64,000 bases of DNA from Carcharhinus longimanus (lineage: Eukaryota), in NCBI GenBank assembly GCA_030264375.1, contig JASCQW010000032.1:54898225-54962224 (forward strand), given 5' to 3'. Of this stretch, positions 50,905 through 64,000 are shown piece by piece. A model generated the notes under the pieces. It was not told the origin of the DNA. It saw only the letters and a list, made by a program, of their open reading frames with translations, and ran no database searches. Numbering within the stretch: position 1 is the first letter of the stretch; each line of letters begins with the position of its first letter. Both the position numbers and the translations under genes were made by a program.

Positions 50905-51222
50905 GGTCCAAATATTTGTTTACTAGCTCCTTATTCCCCATTTTAATTTCTTCTGTCTCTGTCTCTCAGGGATCACACTTGCTTTTGCTAATCTCTTCCT
51001 TTTTACATGCCTGTAGAGGATTTTATAACCTGTTTTTCTGTCTCTTGCCAGTTTATTCTCATTTTCTATTTACTCTTTCCTTATCAATCTTCTAGTCATC
51101 CTTTGCTGAATTCTAAAATCCTCCCAATCCTCAGACTCGCTCCTCACTTTGACAACATTATAATTCTCTTCCTTTAATCTAATACCATCTTTAACTTCTC
51201 TCGTTAGCAACGGTTGGACCAT
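50905..51222 (-). mobile_element. CR1 ORF2 internal fragment
   Basis: - strand ENKLARDRKTGYKILYRHVKRKRLAK, CR1 linker-like. Confidence 0.7.
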
Positions 51223-51912
51223 AACTATTCTACAACATGCAACACAAAATATTTCAGATGAGGATTTTGTTTCATTAATAATGTATATGCACGTTTAATG
51301 TTGTTTATTCGATAGCAGAGAACGGATTCAGTTGTGCCACTGAACTGACTATTAATTAAGAATCTTTTATTAATTTAAGACTGAAATAGTCACTCCTCAC
51401 TTGCTTATCTGCAGGATTTGGTCATTATTAATAATTTTGAATGGAAATACTCCATTCCCAGGGGTCATTTTGCCCAGACATGATCATTATACTTACAACA
51501 GAAGCAATGCTGAAAAACCTTTTTTGCTAATGCATCACTCTATATATTTTTGCTGCACGCATGACTAATAGTAATTTTTTTTAAAAAGTAGTCTGAATAA
51601 TGTCATCTTTCTCTTTAGTACAGGGAAGCATATTTAAATACTTTCGCTTCCTGAGGAGAGGTTAACATTGAAAGAAAAAGTCTTAGTCACAATGCTAACT
51701 CCCCAGAGATGTTTGACATGCATGATGCGGAGATACAGAACTAGCAAGGGAGATACTCCAGTACTTTTTGACAGATGGAATGACTATTGTGTAGTGGGGA
51801 TATGTAGGAACAGGTGTGGTGCAATAATGTGATGTGCAGACTCCATCCCCATTATCATCAGCGTCTGGGAGAGCAGATGGGCAAAGAAAACCATCAGAGA
51901 CCACGGCTTGTC

Positions 51913-51931
51913 AGTCACCAGGTGGCGCCAG
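51913..51931 (+). promoter_or_regulatory. Candidate CTCF site
   Basis: AGTCACCAGGTGGCGCCAG. Confidence 0.5.
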
Positions 51932-54900
51932 GTAATAAACTGCAAAGCAGGAGCCTCTGTATCTCCTGTGAAATCACTGTCAGGTCCTGGGTTCTGCATC
52001 TGAAGGCAGACAAGTGGATTATCTGCCGCCTGTACTGTTGGACGTACTATATAACATGCTCATTAGGAGTGCTGAGCTATAGCTCCCTGTTACAATAAAG
52101 GCAGGGATCACAGCAGGAAAGCGATGGCTCAGACTTCTCACATTCCCACTCTACTTCAGCATTGCCTTGCACAGCCTTTCCTGTCAGCTCATTAGTAGGT
52201 GCACTGATGCATAAGAGACAGTCATTAGTGGAGTTTTCAGCACTGGCATCCGATCAGGTGATTGGAGAAAACATAAGGAAGAAAAATCCTCTACATTGTC
52301 GTCAGTGAAGTCACTGCCCTTCCTAGCATATTGAGTGTAGATGGGTAGCATATCCAGCGGGTTCCAAGTTTTTCCCAAAGGATAGCCAGCTCTTTGTATG
52401 ATAATACCAACACGAGAATTATCTACTTGAAGTAATTTGCCCTTAGATTTTATCAGCGTTGCAACAGATCAGGCACTATTCCTAATGCTTCATCTCCTGT
52501 CAGTCACCAGGTAAAGCACTCGTCAATATCCCCAAATTTATGAAAAGGATACATAAACAAACAGCCAGCTGAACAAATCGGTGGTATCAACATTTTTTAC
52601 AACCTTTTTCTGAGAAAATGAATCTATTTAGAATAAATCTGCCAGTAATCTTTGCATCTCTGCAGAGTCTTTCATTAAATAGGTCAGTGAAGCATAATGT
52701 CAATAATTTGGTAAAAATGATCAGGGAAAATGAATTTAAATGGAGACAATGTACACTTCATCTTAGGGATGGTTTCACGTCATTCTGAAGATCTAAAAAT
52801 TGAGCATGTTAACTCAGATCAGCGATTTAGTCAATTTCACAAGCAAGAATTTGTTTTAACTTGATGTATCTGTGGACAGGTAAAAATCAGCATAAATCAT
52901 TTCAAATTCTGAAACAATCAGCTGACGTTAAAAAGCTGGAAGATAAACTGATCTAAAGTTACTAATGTCCAGAGGCACTCGCTGCAATCTGTGCCAGCAG
53001 TTGTGGTTACTAGAATGCATATTATTTAACTCTAAAATGAAGCAAACCAAAGAAAAAATCTATTACAGAGTTAAACCTATTTTACAAAAAAAAGCTAGAA
53101 AAGCAATAAGACTATAATTGTTTCCTAATCTAAAAATCATTTGAAACAATTTTAATCAGTCAGGAAGCCAAATTGAAATGTATGCTCCCTGCACTCTGTC
53201 TTTCAATTCTTCTAAACAAAACTTCCAGTGTGGAAAAAAAATGTCATTCTCTGTTGGTGAATAAAATAATAATTAGCGCCTGATTGCTTAGTGATTGAAA
53301 AAGGAGTCAGATTTGTTGTGAATTATCAGTTTCTGAAGAAAACATCTTTCCATAGTCAGGAATTTTGGGCATTTTATTTTGTTTTGAGCCAAAGTGTAAG
53401 TAAAAGTGGCTTTAAGTTCAGTCCTTTCCCTGGACTTGCTGCAATTTGGCAGCCTGTCCTTGTCTTGACCCCTTCTACTTGTAGGCACTTCATTTTCACA
53501 GTTTTCCCTTTTGTGCCAAACTGGAGAAGTGCTTATAAATTTAATTGGGGTCAGGTTGGGCCCATTTCTTTGACAAAAGGAAAGAGTCATAAGTTAACAC
53601 AGAATGACGTGAAAGCAGATGAGAAGGGAAAAGCCCTCTTTGTAAAAGTTTACCGAAACAAATCACATCAGCTTAATCAGGTCCGGCGCTGCTATGTTAG
53701 AAACTTTGCATGCCAATTACATAAAGTTCCAACTGCATCTACCTCCTGCTGACTAATTCGCTGTTGATTGTTTTCCGCTACATGGATTTCAGCATTTGTT
53801 AAAGGTAGAAAAGACAGGCCACAGTCAGGAGAATTCTCCACTTCCATTAAACTGTCTTATGATCGCCAACAATTAGTTAAGCTTCTCGGCAGTAAAATGA
53901 CAAGATGAGACTTGGTCAAGTACAATGTGTAAAGCACATAGGCATCTGCCCCAGCTGAAAGACTTTACAATGTTTGTTAACCTCATGGGTCAGTCCTGAT
54001 TCACTCCTGTAGACAGAAAACAAGATTTATATAACGTAGATCAATACATGCTTGAAGACTTTCACCATTGAAGATGCTGGATCTAGGCACTTCTCTTTAT
54101 CAGTTTATCATGACATTAATGTATTTTTTCCTATTTACCCAGGCAGTGATGAATCTGTTGGCAGCAAAAGCAAATAAGTTTTGTTGTTGAGAGACATTCT
54201 GTTCATGATTTTGCTCATCGTGCATGCTACCCTGCCAGACAATTCATTAGCCATTTACTTCAAGTGGTGTATTTCTCTCCCTCTCGCAGTTCAGTCTTTT
54301 ATCTAGCGTACACACCAATGCCAGATTAACTAGTTTACTTTCTGCTTCTCAGCAATGGCTTGATTATTGGCATTAGAGAACTGAAAGCTATTCATCTTGT
54401 ACTTAAACTAAGGATATGCTTCCAATGCATTCTAAAGTATAACCAATTTTGGGGCAAAACCTATTGTCCAATTAGGTGAAACTCTATTAACAGTAAATTC
54501 TGTCGTCTTTTTTGAAAATTCTGGAGAAAATAAGTCTACAACAATTGGATAAATATAACAAAAATACTGCCTTCCAATTTGTTTTCCTTGTTTCTGTTGT
54601 TTTTTTTAATATTCCCACATGCTCTGAAACATTTAAAATCTTCATTGCTAGAACAAGAAATTGATTACACTGGAGTGGGACATTGCAATAGCTAAATTTA
54701 TCAATGCAATGAACCAGTTAGAAGATTCTAGACTCAATCACTGCCAAGGCAAAAATTGGGAAGCTACAATTGACCTCAGTGCATTTGAGCTAAAAAAAGA
54801 TAAAATCGGCTGTGTAATCCATTCTGATTGCTTTCTCGTGATACATGCTGGAAAGTCAATATGTACCATCTCATGAAGACAGGATTGAGTTTGTTAATGA

Positions 54901-56124
54901 TTGGCGAAGAATTATTCCCCATCACAACTGTTTGGGTGGGGATCAATTTCCACGACTTAATCTCCTGTGTGAAATGCCCATGAATGCGTACTGGTGGCAA
55001 ATGACAGATAAGGCAGTTGTTAGGCCGCATGATTATGATCATTAGGAGCTTGACGTTAAATTGAGCAAAACTGGGGACAGCAGGTGCTGACATGTTCTAC
55101 TCATTTTTGGGGGCTTGTTAAAGTGATCCTCAGACAAACCAGTGGAAGTTTGTGGTGAAAATGACATTTTTTCCAGGAGAAACAGCAGTAACTCCTCCTG
55201 CCTCCACAGCCATTGGATTGGATGCATTGTTGCCAGCCTGGTGTCACTCACACTCTTATATATTCATCTACCCCTTTCCCCCCACCCCAATTCCACCCCC
55301 TCCACCCCTACCCAGCCCCCCCNNNNNNNNNNNNNNNNNNNNNNNNNNNNNNNNNNNNNNNNNNNNNNNNNNNNNNNNNNNNNNNNNNNNNNNNNNNNNN
55401 NNNNNNNNNNNNNNNNNNNNNNNNNNNNNNNNNNNNNNNNNNNNATCTGGAGCAATGGACCTGTATCTCAGCATTCAAGCACGGATAAATGGTGAAAAAT
55501 AATTGGGATTTTTTTTTTCTCACCATTTATATCCAGCAATTGCCCTCATCCAAGTGGTAATTATTCAAATATAAGCCTTGACAGTGTGCGATAGGAGAAT
55601 ATTTCACCACGGGAAATAAATTATAGCTGAGGTCAATTATGCTCTCACCTGATAATTACAAATGCACATTTCCAACAGGGGCTGTAGGATAACAGGCAGG
55701 AATGGGGAACCCAGCTGATTTTTATCTTCCTTAATCCAGAGGCACTTCTACCACCAGACCAGCTGAGATCAAACAAGAGAACAACAGGCAGCAAGGATTG
55801 AACCTGGAACTTTATTCGCTCTTGGACAAATTTACTGAGCTGTCTGACAGGCATTTTTTCATATATCGCTCCTGTGAATTTTGAGATTACAGCGAAATAT
55901 TTACTCAAAATGTAAATCAATGCATCAGGATTATGACTTTCAGTAGATAATGAAGAATTAAAGTGTCAAATCTTCCAGTCTCCAGACTGCTGGAAACCCT
56001 AAGGGCAACTGAAGGCCTGTTTCCAAACCCTATGGAAGCCACCTCCAGCCATCTGACTAGCCCTGCCAAGTGGATGTGATCCAACAGCCCAAGCACCTGA
56101 CTAATCCCCACAACACAACTCAAT

Positions 56125-56281
56125 TTTTCTCTGCACACTAGATATGACTGTAACACTACATTCTGCACCCTCTACTTTCCTTCTCACTGATGTACTCTAT
56201 GAACGGTATGCTTTGTATAATGCGCAAGAAAAATGTTTTTCACTGCATACCAATACATGTGACAATAATAAATCAAATCAA
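56125..56281 (+). mobile_element. Rex1/Babar 3' UTR
   Basis: Matches 2478-2640; ends tacatgtgacaataataaatcaaatcaa. Confidence 0.75.
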
Positions 56282-56630
56282 CTGACCCCCTGACCCAACC
56301 CAACTAACTTCCACCCACCCCACCTAGCCCTGTGTTCCCTACAACCTCTGAACACTTATCCACAACCCTACCTAACACTCTGCCCACCTCACCCAATTCA
56401 CACACATCACCGCGTCACCCACCTACAGCCCATCCACTCCACCTTCCTACCAACCTCATCAACTTACTCACTTCACATACCCATCTCACACAGCTCATAC
56501 ACTTCACCCACTACTCCCCTATCCCACCTACCTATCTCACTCTCACTTCCACTCTATCCACCTCACTCCTACTCACTTGCTTACCTCACTCACTGACTCA
56601 GCCATTCATCCACTCACCCATTCACTAACA
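56282..56630. repeat. C/A-rich low-complexity (cactcacc)n tract, probably inside a Harbinger-type element
   Basis: Similar tract at 62340-62600; both are followed by acttacca. Confidence 0.65.
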
Positions 56631-59533
56631 TTCAAACTGGAACATTAAACTTACCATATGGCTGCTTGTGCCATATAAGGGTGTTGTATCTTCTGCACTG
56701 ATTCCCTTTGTGAGTCTTTGCATGATTTCCTGCTCTGAATGATCTTCAGGGTGCTGCATGAGAAGTTGCATCCTTTTAAACATAACCATATTAGTGCACA
56801 GTTTTCTGATTGAGTCACATTAGATGCAATGGTTCTGATGGTGATGGAAGATTATGGCCAAAGTGTCTATCCCCAAATTCTGTTATATTTTTGCAGTAGA
56901 AATGATGTAAATGTATTTTCTGTAAGTTAGATGACAGAAAAAGTATGTCTTTGAAAAGCTGCAAAAGATATTTCAGTGCTCAAAAGTGTACATATGTACT
57001 GATTCCAAGTTTGCCACCTTAATCTCCTTGGCAGAATACATTAATTATAACAATGACTTTACCTTTCTTCATCACAAATTTCTTATTAAAATTTCACACA
57101 TTGTAAGATGTGTTGCTTGCCAATCGGCAAAATTTACTCAACAAACTTTAATCTTATGAGATTTGCAATGCAAAAAATGACTTATGAACCACGACAGTAG
57201 TATCAAAGCTTATGAGTGCTTTAGGAGATGCTTTAATTACATGCAAATTACAATATGTCTTGGCAACATATTCATTAAAGGTATAGCATAAAAAGGGACA
57301 ACAAAGCAGTAACTTCCCTCCTGATACATTGGTTCAAATTTTGCATATGCAAAGTTTAATTAAGCAATAGATTTTGTTTGAAAGGAATGTTTAAGGCAAT
57401 GGATCNNNNNNGTAGATGTGTGTCGGACCAAAGGTAATTTGTCCTTTCATTGATGCCAATTGCAAGCCTCGCAAAAAGCAGGCATTCTATGTTCACGGCA
57501 GAGTATATTTATGAGAGAAATACATTGTCTTTCTTTCTTTGAGCATATGTCCCAGCAAAATATGAACTGCTGATTAACCTGACATATATTTTGAATGTCA
57601 AGAAATCTCATCTGTTTCCTCCGCCCCAGACTTACTTAGTATTGAATGGAGTTCCTCATTTCCAGTACTTGGTGTTAAGTTGAACTGGAAAATAAAAAAA
57701 TTCAAGTGCTGTATTTCCATCTTATTTCCAATTGTAAACAGGGGTTTAAAAAGAGAAGCTGTCATGGGGATGAATACTTAATTAAGTGCATGAGTTTATC
57801 TATTGTGATGATTATTTAGTTGGTTCTCATTTAGTTACATCAAAAATTTAGCTGAAATATATGGAGTGATATTACTTAGAATATTAAAATCCACTAACAG
57901 ACTTGTGCCAGCTGCAGCTAGCATCCGCACTCATTCCTCTTTTCAGCAGTTCAGAATCAAAGCACCGGTAAGTTAATGCTCATCAGAAATTGCTTGTCTG
58001 CACAACTGATTCCTAAACCCAGATCAATTAATTCAATTTATTTAGATTTCTCTATTCAATTGTAGTCTAATTGGGTTTAGATTTTGTTCACACTTGAAGT
58101 GATCTGAATCATATCTCCTCAGGCATGCATTTTCTTAAATAACTTAGGGACCAATAACAATGATTTTTTTTCACAAGTATAAAAATGTCATTCTTTTATT
58201 TACATCCTCTCTTCCTATTTCCTTCTTCAAAATGCTCTTATTGGTTGCTTCCCTTCAAGGGCCATAATTCCCTTCAGTAACAAATTCAGTAACACCTGAA
58301 GTGCACAGGGATAAACAAGAGGGATAACTGGCAAAAGAGTGGAACTCTTACAAAAGCATAGTTCTGCTTTTCATCATTTACACATGTTACAACGTTTATG
58401 ATCTGCCCAGTAATGGAAATATTTTGGCACTGTTTGACATTAGCTGTAGATCCCTGTCTCATCAAACAGAATAATGGACTTGATGAGAAAAGCCTATTGA
58501 TGTCACTGTGCCTGTGTCCAAACCTTTAAGGCTATGAAGAGATAAGGCTCAGCTGTCAGTTTTCCACAAGATGATGGAAGAATCACCATAGTTGCTGGCA
58601 CTTATAACAGATCTCCCATGTTTATTCCAGGAATCTGTGAGTTATTGCAGCTGTATGTCAACATTTGTTATCAATCCAAAGGTTCTGCAGAAATAACAGT
58701 AGGGAAACGCAGTGCTTGTGAAATTCTTTCCTGAAAATTTTATTGCCTGGACCCCTGTTAGATGTTGGAATGCATAGTTAATCATTACTTTCTGAATAGA
58801 GTTACTGGAGCATGCATCTGGGTATGATAAAACTGTATTGGCAGTTGGTGTTTGAAAACAATTGTTCCAACTTTTTCAGGCAAACCTGGAGATCGTTTTG
58901 TGAAATTTCAGCCCCTGTTATGGGTATCTCCAAATATATGCTTTTATTCTGTCACATAGGCCCAGGCTTTCAGTGCCTCTCCATTTTTTAGTGAGATCTG
59001 TGACAAGTGAGGGGCAGAAAGATGCTTGGGGTTATGCTTTGTTGCATTGTCACTTCTTCAGCATACCCTCTCTTCCCTTTTCTCTGGGTCCAATTTTGTT
59101 GGGGTACAATACACCACCCTTGATAATAGAACATTAATCAATGTTCCATGATTCCTATATTTGGCCATAAACATTGTATAGAAAATTGGCCCATTTGGCT
59201 GAAGCATCCAATATAAAATGGGAAACAAAAAGGCAGTGGACAGTTTATTTTGCTTGCAGCTTTCAAAGTGGGGTAAGTTAATAATTCACACAGAGGTCCA
59301 TTTTTCAGGTAATCAGGAGGTTGTCTGCAATCAGACATTGAAACAGGACCTCTCTCCCTCCCCACAATGTCTACCATGATTAATACTTCCTATTGACAAG
59401 ACTCCAATATGATAATAAATCATATCCAGAAAGTTAACCAGGTAAAAGGACTGGTCTGGGGAGATTAGTCAAAAAGAAAATGGAAAATCTAGGCTATCTA
59501 CTGAAAAGACCTAACCCCCTGTAAAACTTCCAG

Positions 59534-60515
59534 ATCAGTGCTGGGTCCATTGTTATTTGTCATTTATATTAAGGATTTGGATGAGAATATAGGAGGCATG
59601 GTTAATAAGTTTTCAGATAACACCAAGATTGGTGGAATATTAGACAGTGAAGAAAGTTATCTCCAAATGCAATGGGATCTTGATCAATTGGGCCAGTGGG
59701 CTGACGAATGGCAGATGGAGTCCAATTTAGAAAAATGCGAGGTGATGCATTTTGGTAGATTGAACCAAGGCAGGATTTACTCAGTTAATGGTAGGGNNNN
59801 NNNNNNNNNNNNNNNNNNNNNNNNNNNNNNNNNNNNNNNNNNNNNNNNNNNNNNNNNNNNNNNNNNNNNNNNNNNNNNNNNNNNNNNNNNNNNNNNNNNN
59901 NNNNNNNNNNNNNNNNNNNNNNNNNNNNNNNNNNNNNNNNNNNNNNNNNNNNNNNNNNNNNNNNNNNNNNNNNNNNNNNNNNNNNNNNNNNNNNNNNNNN
60001 NNNNNNNNNNNNNNNNNNNNNNNNNNNNNNNNNNNNNNNNNNNNNNNNNNNNNNNNNNNNNNNNNNNNNNNNNNNNNNNNNNNNNNNNNNNNNNNNNNNN
60101 NNNNNNNNNNNNNNNNNNNNNNNNNNNNNNNNNNNNNNNNNNNNNNNNNNNNNNNNNNNNNNNNNNNNNNNNNNNNNNNNNNNNNNNNNNNNNNNNNNNN
60201 NNNNNNNNNNNNNNNNNNNNNNNNNNNNNNNNNNNNNNNNNNNNNNNNNNNNNNNNNNNNNNNNNNNNNNNNNNNNNNNNNNNNNNNNNNNNNNNNNNAG
60301 GGTGGTGAGTGTCTGGAACAAGCTGCCAGAGGTAGTAGTAGAGGCAGGTACAATTTTGTCTTTTAAAAAGCATTTCGATAGTTACATGGGTAAGATATGC
60401 ATAGAGGGATATGGGCCAAATGCAGGCAATTGGGATTAGCTTAGAGGTTTAAAAAAGAGGGTGGCATGGACAAGTTGGGCCAAAGGGCTGTTTCCATGCT
60501 GTAAACCTCTATGAC
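59534..60515 (+). mobile_element. CR1 LINE RT to 3' end, middle in an N gap
   Basis: SVLGPLLFVIYIKDLD..KFSDNTKIGG..WQMESNLEKCEVMHFG; tail gggctgtttccatgctgtaaacctctatgac. Confidence 0.92.
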
Positions 60516-60604
60516 CATTCTCAAATACTATTCTGAAAAGGGGACATGTCCTCTCTCTAACCTTCTTGAATTATTAAGCAATCGTTATAGCTGCCCCTCA
60601 TACG

Positions 60605-60910
60605 AGTAGCAGAGAGAGCAGGAATCTGACAAGAAATTGGCAGTTAACATAAAAGGGAATCCCAACGTTTTCTGTAAGTATATACATAGTAAAAAGGTGA
60701 TAAAAGGAGGAGTATGGTGATTAGGGACGTAAAAGGGGATTTAGGCATAAAGGCAGGGGGCACAGTTGGGGTATTAAATGGACACTTTGTCTTCATCGAG
60801 GCAGAAGATGCTACCCAGGCCATGGTATAAGAGGAAGTAGTTAATACACTGGAAGGATTTCAGATTGATAAGGATATTAATGGGCTGTCTTTACTTAAAG
60901 CTGATCAAAC
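60605..60910 (+). mobile_element. CR1 ORF2 internal fragment
   Basis: KKLAVNIKGNPNVFCKYIHSKK motif. Confidence 0.72.
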
Positions 60911-61164
60911 ATTAAAGAATACGGAGAGAAGAGAGAAGAAGGAAGTGATAGTCTTCCTTCTATCGGATCGTTGTGTCACTATAATGGCATAATAATTGGG
61001 CATGCTCACTGTACACGACGCAAGGCACCAATCACTCATAAGGGATTTGGTTCAAACATTATGGGTTAATTTATTAAGATTTCAGAGAACAATTGTACAT
61101 AGGTACAAAGTTTAAAGGCCTCAGAGCCCTGTGTATGTTCTGCTCAAAGCAAAAGTGAAATGAA

Positions 61165-61692
61165 GACTTCCCAAAGCCTGTCCATCATTTACAGGCACAG
61201 GTCAGGAGTGTATTGGATTACTCTCTGCTTGCCTGAAGGAGTGCAGTTCCAATAACACTCAAGAAGCATGACAAAGCAGTCCATTTGATGGGCAACACAT
61301 CAACCACCTTAAATATTCACTCCTTCCACCACTGACATACAGTAGCAGCAGTGTGGGACAATCTAAAATATGCAATGCAGCCACTCAACAATAGCACCCT
61401 CCAAACCAGTGACTTCTACCACATTATGGACAAGAATAGTACATATATGGGAACACCTCCACATTCCCCTCAAAGTCACACACAATTTTGGAATCATATT
61501 GCCATTCCTTCACTGTCTCTCAATCAAAATTCTGAAACTATCTTCCTGACAGCACTGAATGTACCCGCGTCAATGGACTGCAGTGGTTCAAGAAGCCAGA
61601 TCACTACCAACTTCTGGAAGGCAATTAGGGGTGGGCAAAAAATTTATCCTTGTTAGTGATGTTCATGCCCCAAATCCATAGAAGGAAAAAAA
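61165..61692 (+). mobile_element. Second CR1-clade LINE 3' end
   Basis: LSIIY..AQVRSVLDYSLLA*RSAVPITLKKHD..NIHSFHH. Confidence 0.78.
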
Positions 61693-61699
61693 AGAAAAA

Positions 61700-62800
61700 T
61701 TTGTCCAGAACTGGCGCGTTGGAAGATGTGTGTAAGGACCCAATGGACCTAAATGGAAATTCCCACAGACTTTTAATCTTCAAATGGCCAATTCCCAGAT
61801 AACTGAGGCATTCGTCAATATCTCTGACACTGAGATACAGTCAGAGACTAAGGGAGCAATTTTCTCAGCTCGCTGAGCCTGGTGCAGATCGCATTGACCC
61901 CGGGAAATAGCGTGTGAGCCTGAAAGTGGGTTCCATGCCAAGTTTGCAATCATCCTGGGCTCTTTCTAATGGGAGTACAAACTGGATTATGCTGATTAGC
62001 ATATTTAAAATAGCATTTACATTTGCATAGCCCATTTGTTGCGGGATGGCATCCTGGCGGTGCCCATCTGGCATCCTGGCAGTGCCAGTTGGGCACTGCC
62101 TATGTTACAAGGACAGTGTCAAGGCAGAGATGTCTAAATGGGGATTATGATGGGAGGGCCTATGACGGGGGGGGGCGGGGGGGGCCGATGCCAGGGAGGC
62201 TACATAGGGAGATGGCGTGCAGGGGCGAGGGTCGTACAGAGGTGGAACATGTTGGGGGAATAAAAGTGGGCATGTCGACGTCATGAAAGGGAGCCATCTG
62301 AATATCCTCTGGCCCAAAATGGCTCTCCCCCAACCACATGACTAACGTTGACCTGACTACCTACCTGCCTACATCACCAACCTATTTACTCAACTACTTC
62401 GTTACCTCACCCAGTTATTGATTCACCCATTTACCCCTCTCACCCATCCCACCTTAGCCACTCACCCACCTTCACACCTACACACCTCACCCATTCATGC
62501 ACCTACCCATTCATTCACTTACTCTCTCACCCATTCATGTATTCATTCATCCCCTCACTCATCCTTTCACTCATCCATTCACTGACACATATACATTCAT
62601 TAAGAAACAGAATCCTTAAGTACTTACCAGAATATTGTAACAAGCACCTTAAACAGCAGGTGTAACCTCTTGTTCTGCTGACTCTCCTCAACTCACAGGA
62701 GATAGATGGGAGACTTTGTCTTGCACTTTTTTTACAGCTGCTACCAGAAGATCTGGGGAGAAATGCACAATAGTATCAGGTTGTGAGAAACCTTGTGGCC
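61700..62800. mobile_element. Non-autonomous Harbinger-like element
   Basis: Shares gcatatttaaa, ggcagtgccag/ggcactgcc and the GC-rich interior with the 11.0 and 20.6 kb elements; boundaries approximate. Confidence 0.45.
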
Positions 62801-64000
62801 AGTAGCATTGTCCCCAGTATTGCCACTGACCAGAAGATTCAGACCATTATGTCCTGACCCCAAGGATTCTATCCAAAAATTACTCCACCTGTCACTGGGT
62901 GGTCTTGTCTTTAACCACACCTTTTATTTCTCCCCTGAGATCCCATGCCAAACATCTTACCACTTTCTTACTCATTTTCTGTTGGAAAAGTGTTCTTGAC
63001 ATTTTATTATGTTGTCCAAAAGACTCTGCCAAGATGGAAGTAGCCAGAAAGTGAGATAAATTTGCATTGATTTGTGAACTTATGACTCTTATTAATTTGA
63101 CATAACCTCTTCTTCTTGTGATGCTCATTCCAGAATGAAAGTGCCAATGCCATTCTCCGGCTGCCCGATTCAGTACCAGGAGGCCATGATTAAACCTAAC
63201 CCCACTAAGTTTTGATTAGCAGCCTCAGGTGAATTTTTTTGCTGGTTGTCCTCAACAACTTCATGGTCACGTGGCTGTTTTACTCTGAAACATGACTGTC
63301 GTGAATATTTTTGCATTCCTTATTCTAAGCTGCTTCCAGCAATTGTAATGTACATCCTGTAACGATGACAAATTTGCAAATAAAGATAAAGATTTTTAAA
63401 ATGTATGTTAACAAACTAAATTTATCGTAAGATGAAAATTAATAGATCTCAAAAAGATAAGTTTAATTACAGGGAATTTCTACATATTGTTTTATTCATT
63501 ACTCATTCAGGAGCTCCCAGTGTAAATATCATGGAATAATTAATGACAGATTTTGTCTGAAAGCAAAATGTAAAATATAGATGAATTATTGAGTAAGACT
63601 TGCTAACAGGACAAGTTAAATAGCAATGTTGGGTGTTTGGGGATAGCATTAGAATTGACTTGTAGCTCTCATCCAAACTACTTATAAAGTATACGAATTG
63701 CTGTGAATTCTGATTTACTTTTCATGATGTGTAGCTTGTAGAAAATATTAATTGTACTACTGTCCTAGAATTAGGCGGCTTATTTCTCTCCAGATGCCTA
63801 ATATGTGTAATCCTGCATCATTTTGCTTTTAGTTTGGCAGAAGTGGTTGTGTAATGGACCTGAGGCATCTTGCTTAATAAATCACATTGAATATTACTGC
63901 CAATGCATATTTTGTATTGCACTGTCTATAGGTCCTAAGTTTAGATCAGCTGCATAGCCAGGTGTGTCATTTGTAAATGTGTGCTGAATTTCACTTCTCT

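Noticed and set aside
51909-52512. 15-mer tgtcagtcaccaggt repeated 589 bp apart
   Set aside because: No extended similarity or supporting exon structure seen.
53291-53752. 153-aa ORF
   Set aside because: No ATG start, no recognisable domain and an F/K-rich composition typical of chance AT-rich ORFs.
59538-60373. Long ORFs of 178-256 aa
   Set aside because: Their length comes from an N gap; the real part is a CR1 RT fragment.
60973-61130. Possible solo LTR fragment
   Set aside because: Only a TG start and a reverse-strand AATAAA; no partner, PBS or TSD.

Overview
This is eukaryotic, non-coding, repeat-rich DNA, almost certainly from a shark or other elasmobranch. The evidence is HE1/V-SINE-type tRNA SINEs, HER1/CR1 LINEs, Penelope termini, Harbinger relics and MITEs, two decayed Gypsy LTR elements, and Rex1/Babar and L2 ends. 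I see no intact host protein-coding gene. All recognisable ORFs are broken transposon fragments and the rest look like chance ORFs; one possible 123-nt exon is flagged at low confidence. Four structures stand out. (1) A four-level nested locus at 44.46-49.64 kb, where each level is bracketed by its own short direct repeat and a Penelope palindrome has been split ~4.7 kb apart; the innermost level may be an assembly artefact. (2) Minimal type I hammerhead ribozyme motifs in the Penelope termini. (3) At least four short-range templated insertions, in which neighbouring DNA was copied 0.6-1.4 kb leftwards, three of them inverted. (4) Two SINE families with the same head but different LINE-like tails, CR1-type versus Rex1-like. 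Several N gaps are exactly 100 nt (placeholders), so structures next to them need caution. All alignments were done by eye and element boundaries are approximate.
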